DNA of 10,543 nt from a virus (IMGVR_UViG_2690316231_000017:1-10543); one strand, 5' to 3'. Shown: positions 1 through 7,465, counted from the first letter of the stretch. Translations and numbers: made by a program. The notes: generated by a model not told the origin, from the letters alone.

Positions 1-11
1 AGTATTAAGAC

Positions 12-31
12 TATCACTTATTTAAGTGATA
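12..31. repeat. 9-bp perfect inverted repeat (TATCACTTA-tt-TAAGTGATA) just downstream of the DUF262 ORF stop
   Basis: Read directly: plus-strand 12-20 tatcactta, 23-31 taagtgata are reverse complements. Could be a weak terminator stem or a protein-binding palindrome. Confidence 0.4.
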
Positions 32-60
32 TTGGTTGTCTGGAGATTCAGGGGGCCAGT

Positions 61-501
61 CTACTGAATGTTGTTTTGAAAGTATGGCTTAGGAGTTTCA
101 TTAACTAATTTAAAAAAAGGTCTGCCATCGTCATCCATACCAGATATATAATTATTATATATTGATTGAGCTACAGCCAACTCATTTATCAACTTAAATT
201 TATCACATAATGCTGATAACAATATAGTAAGAGTCGTAAGACGTTGTTGACCATCTACAATCATCAGCTCAGAGCTAGTTTCCTGCCCGACCAAAACGAG
301 AGCACCGATGAAATACTCATCATATTGATACTGCCCATCCTCCTGGTAATGAATATTGGAAACTATATCATGCCAAAGTTCACTTACTTGTTCCTTCCCC
401 CAAGAATATTCTCTTTGGAATCTAGGGACTATATATTTTTTATTTACAGATAACACGTTTGTTAAGGTTCGAGCATTTGCTTGCAGTTCCACTGAGGCCA
501 C
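61..501 (-). CDS. DUF262 / ParB-like nuclease-domain protein (GmrSD N-terminal-type), only 146 aa, possibly a truncated remnant
   Basis: ORF track protein contains the hallmark DGQQR motif (..MIVDGQQRLTTL..) preceded by the Y-IVP-FQREYSW segment typical of DUF262. First codon is GTG (plus-strand 499-501 = cac) with an in-frame TAG immediately upstream. After the TAG stop at 61-63, all three frames hit stops within the remaining 60 nt, so the ORF does not continue. Visibly AT-rich. Confidence 0.6.
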   Translation of the reverse strand: MASVELQANARTLTNVLSVNKKYIVPRFQREYSWGKEQVSELWHDIVSNIHYQEDGQYQYDEYFIGALVLVGQETSSELMIVDGQQRLTTLTILLSALCDKFKLINELAVAQSIYNNYISGMDDDGRPFFKLVNETPKPYFQNNIQ

Positions 502-630
502 CTACTTTAGTTGTTTGTATTACACAGTTTTATAGCATTGGAGTTTGAATGACAACCCGTTGCGCGCGCTCGTATCCCCGCCACGCCTGCCCGCTTTATG
601 TAGTGGTTTTCATGCAGGTGCATGACATAA

Positions 631-654
631 GCAAAAGCCCGCCAGTTCTGGCGG
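631..654 (-). terminator. Candidate intrinsic terminator for the minus-strand cargo operon
   Basis: GC-rich inverted repeat CCGCCAG/CTGGCGG (plus 639-645 and 648-654). On the minus strand it is followed by GCTTTTGCTT (T-tract). It lies about 150 nt downstream of the membrane-protein gene stop (802). Confidence 0.4.
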
Positions 655-663
655 ACCTCAGCA

Positions 664-683
664 AAAACGATCCTAAAACGATC
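664..683. repeat. Tandem direct repeat AAAACGATC x2 (period 11 bp), each carrying a GATC site
   Basis: Read directly: 664-672 aaaacgatc and 675-683 aaaacgatc. Sits in a GC-richer intergenic block flanked by imperfect direct repeats TTCATGCAG (609-617 and 691-699). Confidence 0.5.
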
Positions 684-801
684 ATGCGGATTCATGCAGC
701 ATAGACATGCAAAGCTTGTTAGAACGGTGATTCCCATGTTAAAGGAGGCTTACTCTTGTTGAGGTTAAACATCCACAGTAACTCCTGCCAATACGAACAC
801 T

Positions 802-1338
802 TTATTCATCATAGTGTTCTAATTTCGCTTTTGCTAAACGTCCATGTAAGTGATTAACAAAATGTAAATTACTCAAAATCAGGCTCATAACGCATTTTAA
901 TTGCATCCAGCTAATAAAGTAAATGAAGAAAATACCAATGTATTTAAACAAGTCTTTATTAGCTTGATAAACAGGTAATGCATAAAACACTGCCTTAACC
1001 AAAAAGAAAATTAGAATCCCAGCCATAACACAAGCAGATGTGATTATTGTATAAACTAATTTCTCTATTCTTGGTGAGTCATGCTCATTTTTTATATAAC
1101 TTACATCATCCTTAACAATACTATTCATTGCATTCGGATATAAAAAACCGACCCATAAACCGACAATAGTGAATATAGATGCTGAAATATTTATAAGCGC
1201 ACCTAAAATATCTTTTGCATCATTATAGGAAAAACTTTTGAACGAAAAATAGCTTATAACGCAGCACAAAACAACAGCAACAAAATTAATCGCCTGCTGT
1301 TTTGCAACTGTTATTATCAAACCTTCCGTTTCTGTCAT
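802..1338 (-). CDS. Small integral membrane protein (178 aa, about four predicted transmembrane helices); second gene of the cargo operon
   Basis: ATG at 1338 (plus 1336-1338 = cat), stop TAA at 802-804. Four long hydrophobic stretches (INFVAVVLCCVISYFSF; ILGALINISASIFTIVGLWVGFLY; LVYTIITSACVMAGILIFFLVKAVFYALPV; YIGIFFIYFISWMQLKCVMSLILSNL). GGAAGG Shine-Dalgarno about 6 nt upstream. Stop of the upstream gene and this ATG are separated by 1 nt (TGATATG). AT-rich. Confidence 0.75.
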   Translation of the reverse strand: MTETEGLIITVAKQQAINFVAVVLCCVISYFSFKSFSYNDAKDILGALINISASIFTIVGLWVGFLYPNAMNSIVKDDVSYIKNEHDSPRIEKLVYTIITSACVMAGILIFFLVKAVFYALPVYQANKDLFKYIGIFFIYFISWMQLKCVMSLILSNLHFVNHLHGRLAKAKLEHYDE

Positions 1339-1339
1339 A

Positions 1340-2539
1340 TCAACCTTCCGCTATCTTTTTTGTGGATGCAGCTTCAGATTCTTTAATGGATGCTTCCTCA
1401 GCATATTTTACTTCACTAATCAAATCATCACGAATTTTGTTTATTTCATCCAGTAAAAAACGCGCTGAATAATGCTCAAACCCATCCGAATCTTGAAGAG
1501 GAAGTTTAGTCCTGGCTACATAGCTACTGAGCCAAACCGGATTAGCACGATCAGCCAGTAAAAAACCCACATCCCATTCAGACTCTTCACCTCTCATTGA
1601 GAAGAGATTTCGAAGCTCATCCGATGATGGTGCACCGTCAATTTTAACTTCAATTTTACGAGGCTGCTCCAAAACAGGAGGTGCCCCAATAAGCTTATTA
1701 CGCTTTTCTTCACCCACCAGAGATGCTAAAGCTACACTTGTTAGCTTCAACAATGGTTGCCTTGTGTCATTTTGGTTTATTACCGTTGTATCCTTTATCA
1801 ATGTGTGTGTAATTTTATGCCTTAACCTTTCAAAGTTTTCCTCAGCGGCTTTAAGTTTTGTTTCTTCCAATACAAACTTGAAGATACAGTTTATCTCATT
1901 TTTGCCATCTTTATATTGAAACTTAGTATTGTAGACATCCACACAACGACCAGGGGTCTTAGCTGATTCAAATGTACGCTTAGATTTCGTTCTTTTACCT
2001 AACTTACTATTATTATTTACATGCTGAATGAAGTATTGTGCGAAGAGATAAGTATCAGCGAAAGAATGGGGGAATCTGATTGATGCTATTTTATTCAACT
2101 CAGGAATAATCCAGTAATAGCAGGGTTCACCCCAAATTATTTTATCCTCACCATGTTCTCTTCCCGCCCTAATGGTTCCTTTACTATCACCACTTACTTT
2201 AGAACCGACCTTAATACCATGTATTCCGTTACCGTTCCCCACTTCACGGTATAAAACAATTACTGCATCTTTAGTCTGGCTGTCCCTCACAAGGCCTCGA
2301 CTGTAAACTCGTGTTCGCAGAGGTTGTTCTTCTTTATTCCATGGGAGAGTCTGCTCAAAATTTTTATCCTTGAGCCACCCTTCTAAATCGTCCAAAACCC
2401 CCATAAGATCGCCGAATTTATAATCAAGCTCTTCGGGTTTATTCTTTAAACGATAAAACCCACAAGCAGTAATATCAAAGAAGGTGATTGAGCCGTTGTC
2501 CACTAAAACTCCTTTTTGCCAAAGCAACACACGATACAT
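1340..2539 (-). CDS. Hypothetical 399-aa soluble protein, first gene of the cargo operon; no family assignable by eye
   Basis: Long uninterrupted minus-strand ORF, ATG at 2539 (plus 2537-2539 = cat), TGA at 1340-1342. No Walker A, no RT YxDD, no obvious nuclease motif. The only motif-like element is a GDSKG (GxSxG-like) pentapeptide, which is weak. AT-rich composition contrasts with the adjacent phage backbone. Confidence 0.75.
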   Translation of the reverse strand: MYRVLLWQKGVLVDNGSITFFDITACGFYRLKNKPEELDYKFGDLMGVLDDLEGWLKDKNFEQTLPWNKEEQPLRTRVYSRGLVRDSQTKDAVIVLYREVGNGNGIHGIKVGSKVSGDSKGTIRAGREHGEDKIIWGEPCYYWIIPELNKIASIRFPHSFADTYLFAQYFIQHVNNNSKLGKRTKSKRTFESAKTPGRCVDVYNTKFQYKDGKNEINCIFKFVLEETKLKAAEENFERLRHKITHTLIKDTTVINQNDTRQPLLKLTSVALASLVGEEKRNKLIGAPPVLEQPRKIEVKIDGAPSSDELRNLFSMRGEESEWDVGFLLADRANPVWLSSYVARTKLPLQDSDGFEHYSARFLLDEINKIRDDLISEVKYAEEASIKESEAASTKKIAEG

Positions 2540-2704
2540 TTTTCACGTATACCATCAGAATCGTCCCTAAACTTCAAGTTACTTATGATAATCAAGAAAG
2601 CTGTCGAATGTTGTTGCATAGGCCAAAGTTTCAGGGGAACAAGGCATTCTTAAATCACTTTTCACTACCTGTTTCTAACGCCTCACGCGGCTCGTTGTTC
2701 AACC

Positions 2705-2739
2705 TTGCGGACGATAAAAACCAGTTTTATCGTCCGCAA
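2705..2739. repeat. Perfect palindrome: 15-bp arms with a 5-nt spacer (TTGCGGACGATAAAA-accag-TTTTATCGTCCGCAA)
   Basis: Read directly: 2705-2719 is the exact reverse complement of 2725-2739. It lies 6 nt downstream of the DinI-like stop (2746) and at the boundary where composition switches to AT-rich cargo. No U-tract follows on either strand, so it is not a canonical intrinsic terminator. Confidence 0.7.
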
Positions 2740-2745
2740 CGTTCG

Positions 2746-2979
2746 CTAGTGTAACCAGCTGTCGTCCTCCCAGACCTTCTGCATAATTTTCATCACTTGT
2801 TTTCTTTCTTCGTCCAGTTGCAGTCCGGTCAGTTCCACACCGTTAGAGCTACCTTTGCGGATACGAATTACCGTTTTGGGATACAGGGGGCGCAGATTGC
2901 GGTAAAGCTCGGATTCAAGGGCGTCCAGTGTAGACTGGCTAATCTTCTGCTCTTTATCGATCATTATTTCAATGCGCAT
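2746..2979 (-). CDS. DinI-family protein (77 aa), SOS-regulated
   Basis: Protein MRIEIMIDKEQKISQSTLDALESELYRNLRPLYPK...KIMQKVWEDDSWLH aligns by eye with E. coli DinI (MRIEV..IDALAGELSRR...WESADDW) as recalled from memory. Start refined from the ORF-track 3051 to the ATG at 2979, which has a GAGGTG Shine-Dalgarno 4 nt upstream that overlaps the TGA of the preceding gene. Confidence 0.8.
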   Translation of the reverse strand: MRIEIMIDKEQKISQSTLDALESELYRNLRPLYPKTVIRIRKGSSNGVELTGLQLDEERKQVMKIMQKVWEDDSWLH

Positions 2980-2989
2980 AAAAGTCACC

Positions 2990-3178
2990 TCAGCTGATGA
3001 CATCCATTGAGCGGTTGTATTCATGGGTTCTGATTTTTGCCATGAGTTCATCTGTCAGTTCAGAAACCCACTGCAGGGCCAGCCCCTTCTCTTCATCACT
3101 ACATTCACTAGCCGCTACAAGCTTAAGAAAAAAATCAATGCGCTGGAGCTTCAAAGACTCCAAAAAATAGTCCTGCAT
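2990..3178 (-). CDS. Small SOS-operon protein (62 aa); possible Tum-like antirepressor or unknown function
   Basis: Start refined to the ATG at 3178 (plus 3176-3178 = cat) with a strong AGGAGG Shine-Dalgarno 4 nt upstream; stop TGA at 2990-2992. First gene downstream of the LexA box. No recognisable motif. The position is analogous to the tum region of phage 186, but the size does not match my recollection of Tum (about 146 aa). Confidence 0.55.
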   Translation of the reverse strand: MQDYFLESLKLQRIDFFLKLVAASECSDEEKGLALQWVSELTDELMAKIRTHEYNRSMDVIS

Positions 3179-3220
3179 CTTTCCTCCTATGACACCAAAG
3201 CAATACTGTATACATAACAA

Positions 3221-3245
3221 CTGTTTATATTTACAGTATATAATA
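3221..3245 (-). promoter_or_regulatory. LexA (SOS) box CTGT-N8-ACAG with an overlapping candidate -10; SOS-repressed promoter of the small-protein/DinI operon
   Basis: Plus-strand 3221-3236 = ctgtttatatttacag (CTGT, 8 AT-rich nt, ACAG; palindromic). On the minus strand TATACT (3240..3235) and TATTAT (3245..3240) are -10-like hexamers abutting the box. The box lies 43-58 nt upstream of the ATG at 3178. No convincing -35 found. Confidence 0.65.
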
Positions 3246-3251
3246 ATCTTA

Positions 3252-3282
3252 CTGATGTAAAACGTTTTTTTACGTTCATCAG
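3252..3282 (-). terminator. Candidate hairpin/terminator between the gene A stop and the SOS promoter
   Basis: Inverted repeat ctgatg...catcag (3252-3257 and 3277-3282) enclosing a palindromic AAAACGTTTT-type core. On the minus strand it is followed by AT-rich sequence. Position is consistent with termination of the early operon after A. Confidence 0.3.
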
Positions 3283-3330
3283 CCTGATATGCCTGGTATT
3301 ATTAAGAGCACGAATTGTTAACCCGCGTAA

Positions 3331-5745
3331 TTAATACAGATCCCGCCACTTATCATCTTCCTGCAAACGCTGGTTCCGATAGAAGATACGCAGGCCTGCT
3401 CCTGACGGAATACTGCCACCGCGAAGGAGTAAATCGACCTCTTTCTCGCTGCCATCAAATCCTCTGGACTTCAGTTCATAGACGAGCTGCTGTCGCTGAT
3501 GATCTGTAATTCGCTGTTTGTAGTCTCTACGCCGTTTCGGTTTCACCAGGCGTAACCTTGCAGCCAGTTCCCGGCGCTCTTTTTTGTTCATACTGTGCAG
3601 GTAATCGTGCAATTCCTTGTCATCCATGCGGGTGATATCCGTTCTGGTATCCCCATCAGCTGATTTGTCTTTCCCTTGTTGGTACAAATTTTCAGCAAGG
3701 GGACAGTTATTGCCACGAGTCCAAGGGGCGCAAGCGCCCTGGTCGGCTGCCGCCTCCTGAACGTCAACGGCCTTACGAACTATTTTCCACTTCACTGCAT
3801 GAGTGCAGATCTTGCCCTCTGCAATGGGTGACCAGATGCCATAAATACGAATACCGTGATCACCATAGGCGGTCGGCTCTTCGTTGATTTCATAAGCGGT
3901 TCTGATCAAGTGATATTTGCGGGGAACCAGTACGCCGCCCTGCTTCATGATGTAGGTGGCAAAACAACCAGCATCAGCAGCAGCCAGGATGGCATCAAGG
4001 CGCGGGTTATCCAGTACCGGCGCACCTGCTTTTTTGTCACCCTGTTGCCTTGCCGCCTGACCAGCCAGCAATCGCAGTTCACGGTAAGCCTGACGCCCCG
4101 GAATGCCAAAGAAGCGGAATTGCTGAACACGATGCAGAGACGCCCAGGCATTAACGTATTCAGCGTTATCACGCAGGGATTTACCCGTTTCCTTACTGAT
4201 CTCGCCAGCCAGACCACGCCCGTCAATATTCTTACTGATATATTTCGCAATGTAGCTTGTCGGCGTTCCTTTGCGCGGGTTTATCAGCTCAGACTTAAAG
4301 CGTGGCCCCGTGTTATTGCCCAGCTCCTCGCGGTCTTCACGGATGGCAAACTTACGCAACAATGCAGTAATGGCGCGGCGGTCTTTTTTGCGCATGAAAC
4401 ACAACAGGTGCCAGTGAACTGTGCCGTCATGATGCGGCTCAGCCACCCGCACGCCATACCAGCGCAACCCGGCTTTGTGCATAGCCTTACGAAATGCAGC
4501 AAACATGCCGACCAGATAATCGCTGCTTTGTCTTACTGTCGCGTTGGTCCAGGTCGGGTTTGGCCTACCGTTATTTAGCGTGGAATGGAAACGTGACGGA
4601 CAGGTGATGGTGTAGAAAACGGCGCAGTCACCACGCATTTCCGCGATAAGCTCCAGGCCTTTAACACAGGCCATCATCTCGTTGCGGCGATGCGCCGGGT
4701 TGCTGCTGCTGGCGTTTACCACATCCTCCATGTTCAGCGTGTCGCCGTCTTCGTTCACCAGTTCATGAGAACGGAAAAACTCCAGCGACTTACGGCGCTG
4801 CTCACGTTTATGCATCACGGCTTCATAGCTGACATAGGGAGATGCTTTTTTGCTGACCAGGCAGACAGCACGCAACTGCTCTTCCCGCCATTCGCAACGC
4901 ATCTTCCATAATTTCCGATACCACCAGTCGGCGCACAGCATACGCGCCAGCGACCCCGGAATGAGTTCATAGGGCACGGGTTTACGGCGGTTTCTTTTCC
5001 GGCGGAGTTGCTCAAACGCAGGCGGTATGACATCCAGTCGCAGGGTTTCTGCTGCCACCTTTTCCCATGTCTTGCGGATTTCTTCTGGCTTAACGTCATC
5101 GGTGGCATACAAATCACCACAAGCGGCATCAAGGCACATGCTCATATGCGCAGCGACAAGGGTAGACAGGCGCTTCACCTGATCCTGACTCATTTCAGGC
5201 AGGATAAGCAGGCCATCCAGCCCTTCATGGCTTGCCATAAAGCGAAAAGAAGTGGATAGCTGACAGTCGCGGACATGCTCCAGTCGTTCCAGACATGGCT
5301 TAATCGTCTCACGCAAATAGCGGGAATAAGCCTTTGGCCTGCCCAGGCTGCTGAAATATTCAATACGTTGCATCAGCGGCTTGCTGATATGGGAAGGCTG
5401 GGCATTGACGTCAGCCAGAATGACCATGTCTGGATTAAAACGCTGCTGCTCATGCGCCAGCTTTGCCCGGCTAATGAGCTTATCCTGCTCCATTTCGCGC
5501 TGGACAGGATCACGGGATTCATTAAAGAAATAACGCTCCCAGACCTGATCACTCAGTGCCTCGCGGCGCAGTTGTTCCTGCTCGTTATCGGCAGCGTACA
5601 GAGTGATCAGGTTTGAAAGTGCAGAAACCGGCGCAACTTCCGCCGGGTCCTGATAAGGGTTAATAGCCTTTTTCGGGCTGTTCCATGAGAATGCTGCGGC
5701 GACCTCGTTAAAGCCGCTGCAGTTGTTCATATCATCATGGCTCAT
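3331..5745 (-). CDS. A: Phage replication initiation protein A (P2 gpA-like HUH rolling-circle endonuclease), 804 aa
   Basis: 804-aa minus-strand ORF with an HUH motif (HWHLL, residues 444-448) and a paired-tyrosine active-site motif SYIAKYISK (Y498 and Y502, codons at about 4252-4254 and 4240-4242), the arrangement characteristic of the P2 A-protein family. Start ATG overlaps the dam stop (ATGA). Stop TAA at 3331-3333. Confidence 0.9.
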   Translation of the reverse strand: MSHDDMNNCSGFNEVAAAFSWNSPKKAINPYQDPAEVAPVSALSNLITLYAADNEQEQLRREALSDQVWERYFFNESRDPVQREMEQDKLISRAKLAHEQQRFNPDMVILADVNAQPSHISKPLMQRIEYFSSLGRPKAYSRYLRETIKPCLERLEHVRDCQLSTSFRFMASHEGLDGLLILPEMSQDQVKRLSTLVAAHMSMCLDAACGDLYATDDVKPEEIRKTWEKVAAETLRLDVIPPAFEQLRRKRNRRKPVPYELIPGSLARMLCADWWYRKLWKMRCEWREEQLRAVCLVSKKASPYVSYEAVMHKREQRRKSLEFFRSHELVNEDGDTLNMEDVVNASSSNPAHRRNEMMACVKGLELIAEMRGDCAVFYTITCPSRFHSTLNNGRPNPTWTNATVRQSSDYLVGMFAAFRKAMHKAGLRWYGVRVAEPHHDGTVHWHLLCFMRKKDRRAITALLRKFAIREDREELGNNTGPRFKSELINPRKGTPTSYIAKYISKNIDGRGLAGEISKETGKSLRDNAEYVNAWASLHRVQQFRFFGIPGRQAYRELRLLAGQAARQQGDKKAGAPVLDNPRLDAILAAADAGCFATYIMKQGGVLVPRKYHLIRTAYEINEEPTAYGDHGIRIYGIWSPIAEGKICTHAVKWKIVRKAVDVQEAAADQGACAPWTRGNNCPLAENLYQQGKDKSADGDTRTDITRMDDKELHDYLHSMNKKERRELAARLRLVKPKRRRDYKQRITDHQRQQLVYELKSRGFDGSEKEVDLLLRGGSIPSGAGLRIFYRNQRLQEDDKWRDLY

Positions 5746-6599
5746 GCACGCACTCCGTATACGGCTGAACTATCCACGCCACGCGAAGGATCAAATCCCA
5801 CCCAGCAGCGCGGCCCGGAAACAGCGATGATTTCAGTTGCAGATTTACTCTCACCAGCTGCTACGCCGATGCTGCGTTTTGCCTTGATGTAGTGGTGAGT
5901 AAAATTGCGATACAGCGAACGGATCAGGGATGTGTCACTGTTAGAAACAATGACCGGATGTCCTTCTGATGACCGATGTTCAAGCACAGATGCCAGGCGA
6001 TACTGGTCATCTTCAGTGAAGCCATCAGTGTGATAGCCGGAAAACGTACCGTCATAAGGCGGATCGCAATACACAACATCCCCCGCGTGCAACATCGCCA
6101 GCGTTTCATCGAAGCTGGCGCAGATAAACGTTGCCCGCTGGGCTTTCTCTGCAAATGCGCGAATTTCTTTTTCAGGGAAATACGGATTTTTATAATTACC
6201 GTAGGGAATGTTGAAATGCCCGCTCTTGTTATAGCGACATAACCCACGGTAACCATGTCGATTGAGATACAGGAAATATACCGCTTTCATGAAATTAGTA
6301 ATTTCAGTTGAGTAGTTAAACTCCTGCCTTATGTTGTAATAAGCCACCTCCCTGTTTGCTTCCTCAAATAAAACTCTGGCGCGAGATATAAATAATTCAC
6401 AATCAGCGGCAACCTTTTTATAGAGGTTGATTAAATCAGGATTAATATCCGCAACCAGATAGCTGGGGTAATCCGTTTCCATCATCACTGCACAGGAACC
6501 CGCGAAAGGTTCAACCAGTCGCAGGCCAGCAGGAAGGTGTTTTTTCAGTTCTGGCATAATGGCGGTTTTATTTCCCGCCCATTTCAGGATGGTGCTCAT
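5742..6599 (-). CDS. dam: Dam-family DNA N6-adenine methyltransferase (GATC-specific type predicted)
   Basis: Protein shows the conserved Dam blocks as recalled for E. coli Dam: [41 protein letters not shown], and the catalytic DPPY motif ([10 protein letters not shown]). Start ATG overlaps the TraR-like stop (ATGA); stop overlaps the A start. Confidence 0.9.
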   Translation of the reverse strand: MSTILKWAGNKTAIMPELKKHLPAGLRLVEPFAGSCAVMMETDYPSYLVADINPDLINLYKKVAADCELFISRARVLFEEANREVAYYNIRQEFNYSTEITNFMKAVYFLYLNRHGYRGLCRYNKSGHFNIPYGNYKNPYFPEKEIRAFAEKAQRATFICASFDETLAMLHAGDVVYCDPPYDGTFSGYHTDGFTEDDQYRLASVLEHRSSEGHPVIVSNSDTSLIRSLYRNFTHHYIKAKRSIGVAAGESKSATEIIAVSGPRCWVGFDPSRGVDSSAVYGVRA

Positions 6600-6823
6600 A
6601 CAGCACCTCCGTTGTAATGTTTACCTTTCAGCTCTGCGATTTCCTGACAGGTAATGCAAAGCTGCACTCCCGGAATGGCGCGGCGGCGTGCTGGCGGAAT
6701 TGGCGCTTCACACTCTATGCAAAGCACGCGAGACACGCCCGGTGTTTTGGCACGGGCAGCACGGATGTGGCGCTGGCGTTCTTCTTCAACGCGCTGCTGT
6801 ACGAGATCCATTGCATCAGCCAT
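6596..6823 (-). CDS. TraR/DksA-family C4 zinc-finger protein (75 aa)
   Basis: LCIECEAPIPPARRRAIPGVQLCITCQ...KHY matches the C-x2-C...C-x2-C finger and flanking residues of F-plasmid TraR as recalled (CEACGNPIPEARRKIFPGVTLCVECQ). ATG at 6823 overlaps the upstream stop (ATGA). Confidence 0.8.
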   Translation of the reverse strand: MADAMDLVQQRVEEERQRHIRAARAKTPGVSRVLCIECEAPIPPARRRAIPGVQLCITCQEIAELKGKHYNGGAV

Positions 6824-7056
6824 CAGTGGATCTCCTGCGCTTCGTTCTGGATTGCTTCAGCAGTCACACGCAGCAGTTCTGCCGCTTCGACGTGGTTTAG
6901 TTGGCGGGATGTGATATGACACGCCAGGCTATCAAGGCGAGCTGCCATTGCTTCAGCCCTTGCCCGGCGTTCTTCCAGACGAGCCTCTGTCAGTAAAATA
7001 TTAAGCCCTGCATCATCCGGTCCGGTTTTAGTCGTGAGGGTTTCAATATTACGCAT
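6823..7056 (-). CDS. Hypothetical small protein (77 aa) of the early lytic operon
   Basis: The ORF-track start at 7062 is a TTG; the first ATG is at 7056, with an AGGAGA Shine-Dalgarno about 8 nt upstream. Backbone-like GC content. Stop overlaps the TraR-like start. Confidence 0.55.
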   Translation of the reverse strand: MRNIETLTTKTGPDDAGLNILLTEARLEERRARAEAMAARLDSLACHITSRQLNHVEAAELLRVTAEAIQNEAQEIH

Positions 7057-7123
7057 AATCAATTCTCCTGAATTTAGATAAAGGGATGCCCGGCGGGTTT
7101 ACGCCATTAATTTCATTAGTTGG

Positions 7124-7465
7124 TTAATTCGGCATGGTTAGCCGTCTGGGAAATAAGCTCACCACTGCACGAAAATGATTCATTGCTTTAATCAACTCCC
7201 GCTTTTCGTCAGTGGTCAGCTCATTAATGCTGATGCTATGACGTTCAGCTGGAATTTTTGCCATAAAGAATATGGCAGCCAGTGCCCTTTTATTTTGTTC
7301 ATTATTGATATCCCATGGATCACGCATATCTTTAATAAACCGCTCAAGCTCTGACTCAATATTTAGGCCAAAAACTTTCGCCCTTAACTCCGCAATGTGA
7401 TTAAGTCCATTCAGGCGTTCACCGGGGCTTAATGGAACAGTCGCCGCAGTGCCTTCAATAGCCAT
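7124..7465 (-). CDS. Hypothetical protein (113 aa) of the early lytic operon
   Basis: ATG at 7465 with a GGGGGA Shine-Dalgarno-like element 5 nt upstream. Overlaps the 3' end of the upstream small ORF by 37 nt in another frame. No recognisable motif. Confidence 0.5.
   Translation of the reverse strand: MAIEGTAATVPLSPGERLNGLNHIAELRAKVFGLNIESELERFIKDMRDPWDINNEQNKRALAAIFFMAKIPAERHSISINELTTDEKRELIKAMNHFRAVVSLFPRRLTMPN

Noticed and set aside
244-453. 69-aa plus-strand ORF antisense to the DUF262 ORF
   Set aside because: Antisense to an ORF with a recognisable domain signature, no ribosome-binding site, and a low-complexity product.
507-737. 76-aa minus-strand ORF in the GC-richer intergenic block
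   Set aside because: No Shine-Dalgarno upstream (the sequence there is CCTCC on this strand), and the ORF coincides with the repeats and hairpin, which are better explained as non-coding elements.
743-861. Strong plus-strand AAAGGAGG motif followed by a TTG-initiated roughly 35-codon ORF
   Set aside because: The ORF is short, begins with TTG, and overlaps the 3' end of the membrane-protein gene in antisense; the Shine-Dalgarno-like match is probably coincidental.
2488-2754. 88-aa plus-strand ORF spanning the DinI-to-cargo intergenic region
   Set aside because: It runs antisense across the start of the 399-aa gene and through the palindrome, has no Shine-Dalgarno, and the protein is low-complexity; more likely the region is promoter and palindrome DNA.
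2979-3178. Possibility that the 62-aa ORF and the DinI-like ORF are one frameshifted tum-like gene
   Set aside because: The DinI-like ATG has its own well-spaced GAGGTG Shine-Dalgarno overlapping the upstream stop, a classic coupled two-gene junction. Not fully excluded, so it is kept as a note within the SOS-module finding.
3204-3220. Second LexA box immediately adjacent to the first (CTGTATACATAACAAC)
   Set aside because: Only the CTGT half-site is present; the distal half reads CAAC rather than ACAG, so it is at best a degenerate half-site.
3856-4578. 240-aa plus-strand ORF antisense to gene A, along with other antisense ORFs inside A and dam (3945..4250, 4284..4502, 4690..4911, 4815..5132, 5008..5259, 5275..5616, 5924..6256, 5976..6242)
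   Set aside because: They lie entirely inside the well-supported A and dam coding sequences, show no motifs or convincing ribosome-binding sites, and are the kind of long open frames expected by chance in GC-rich coding DNA.
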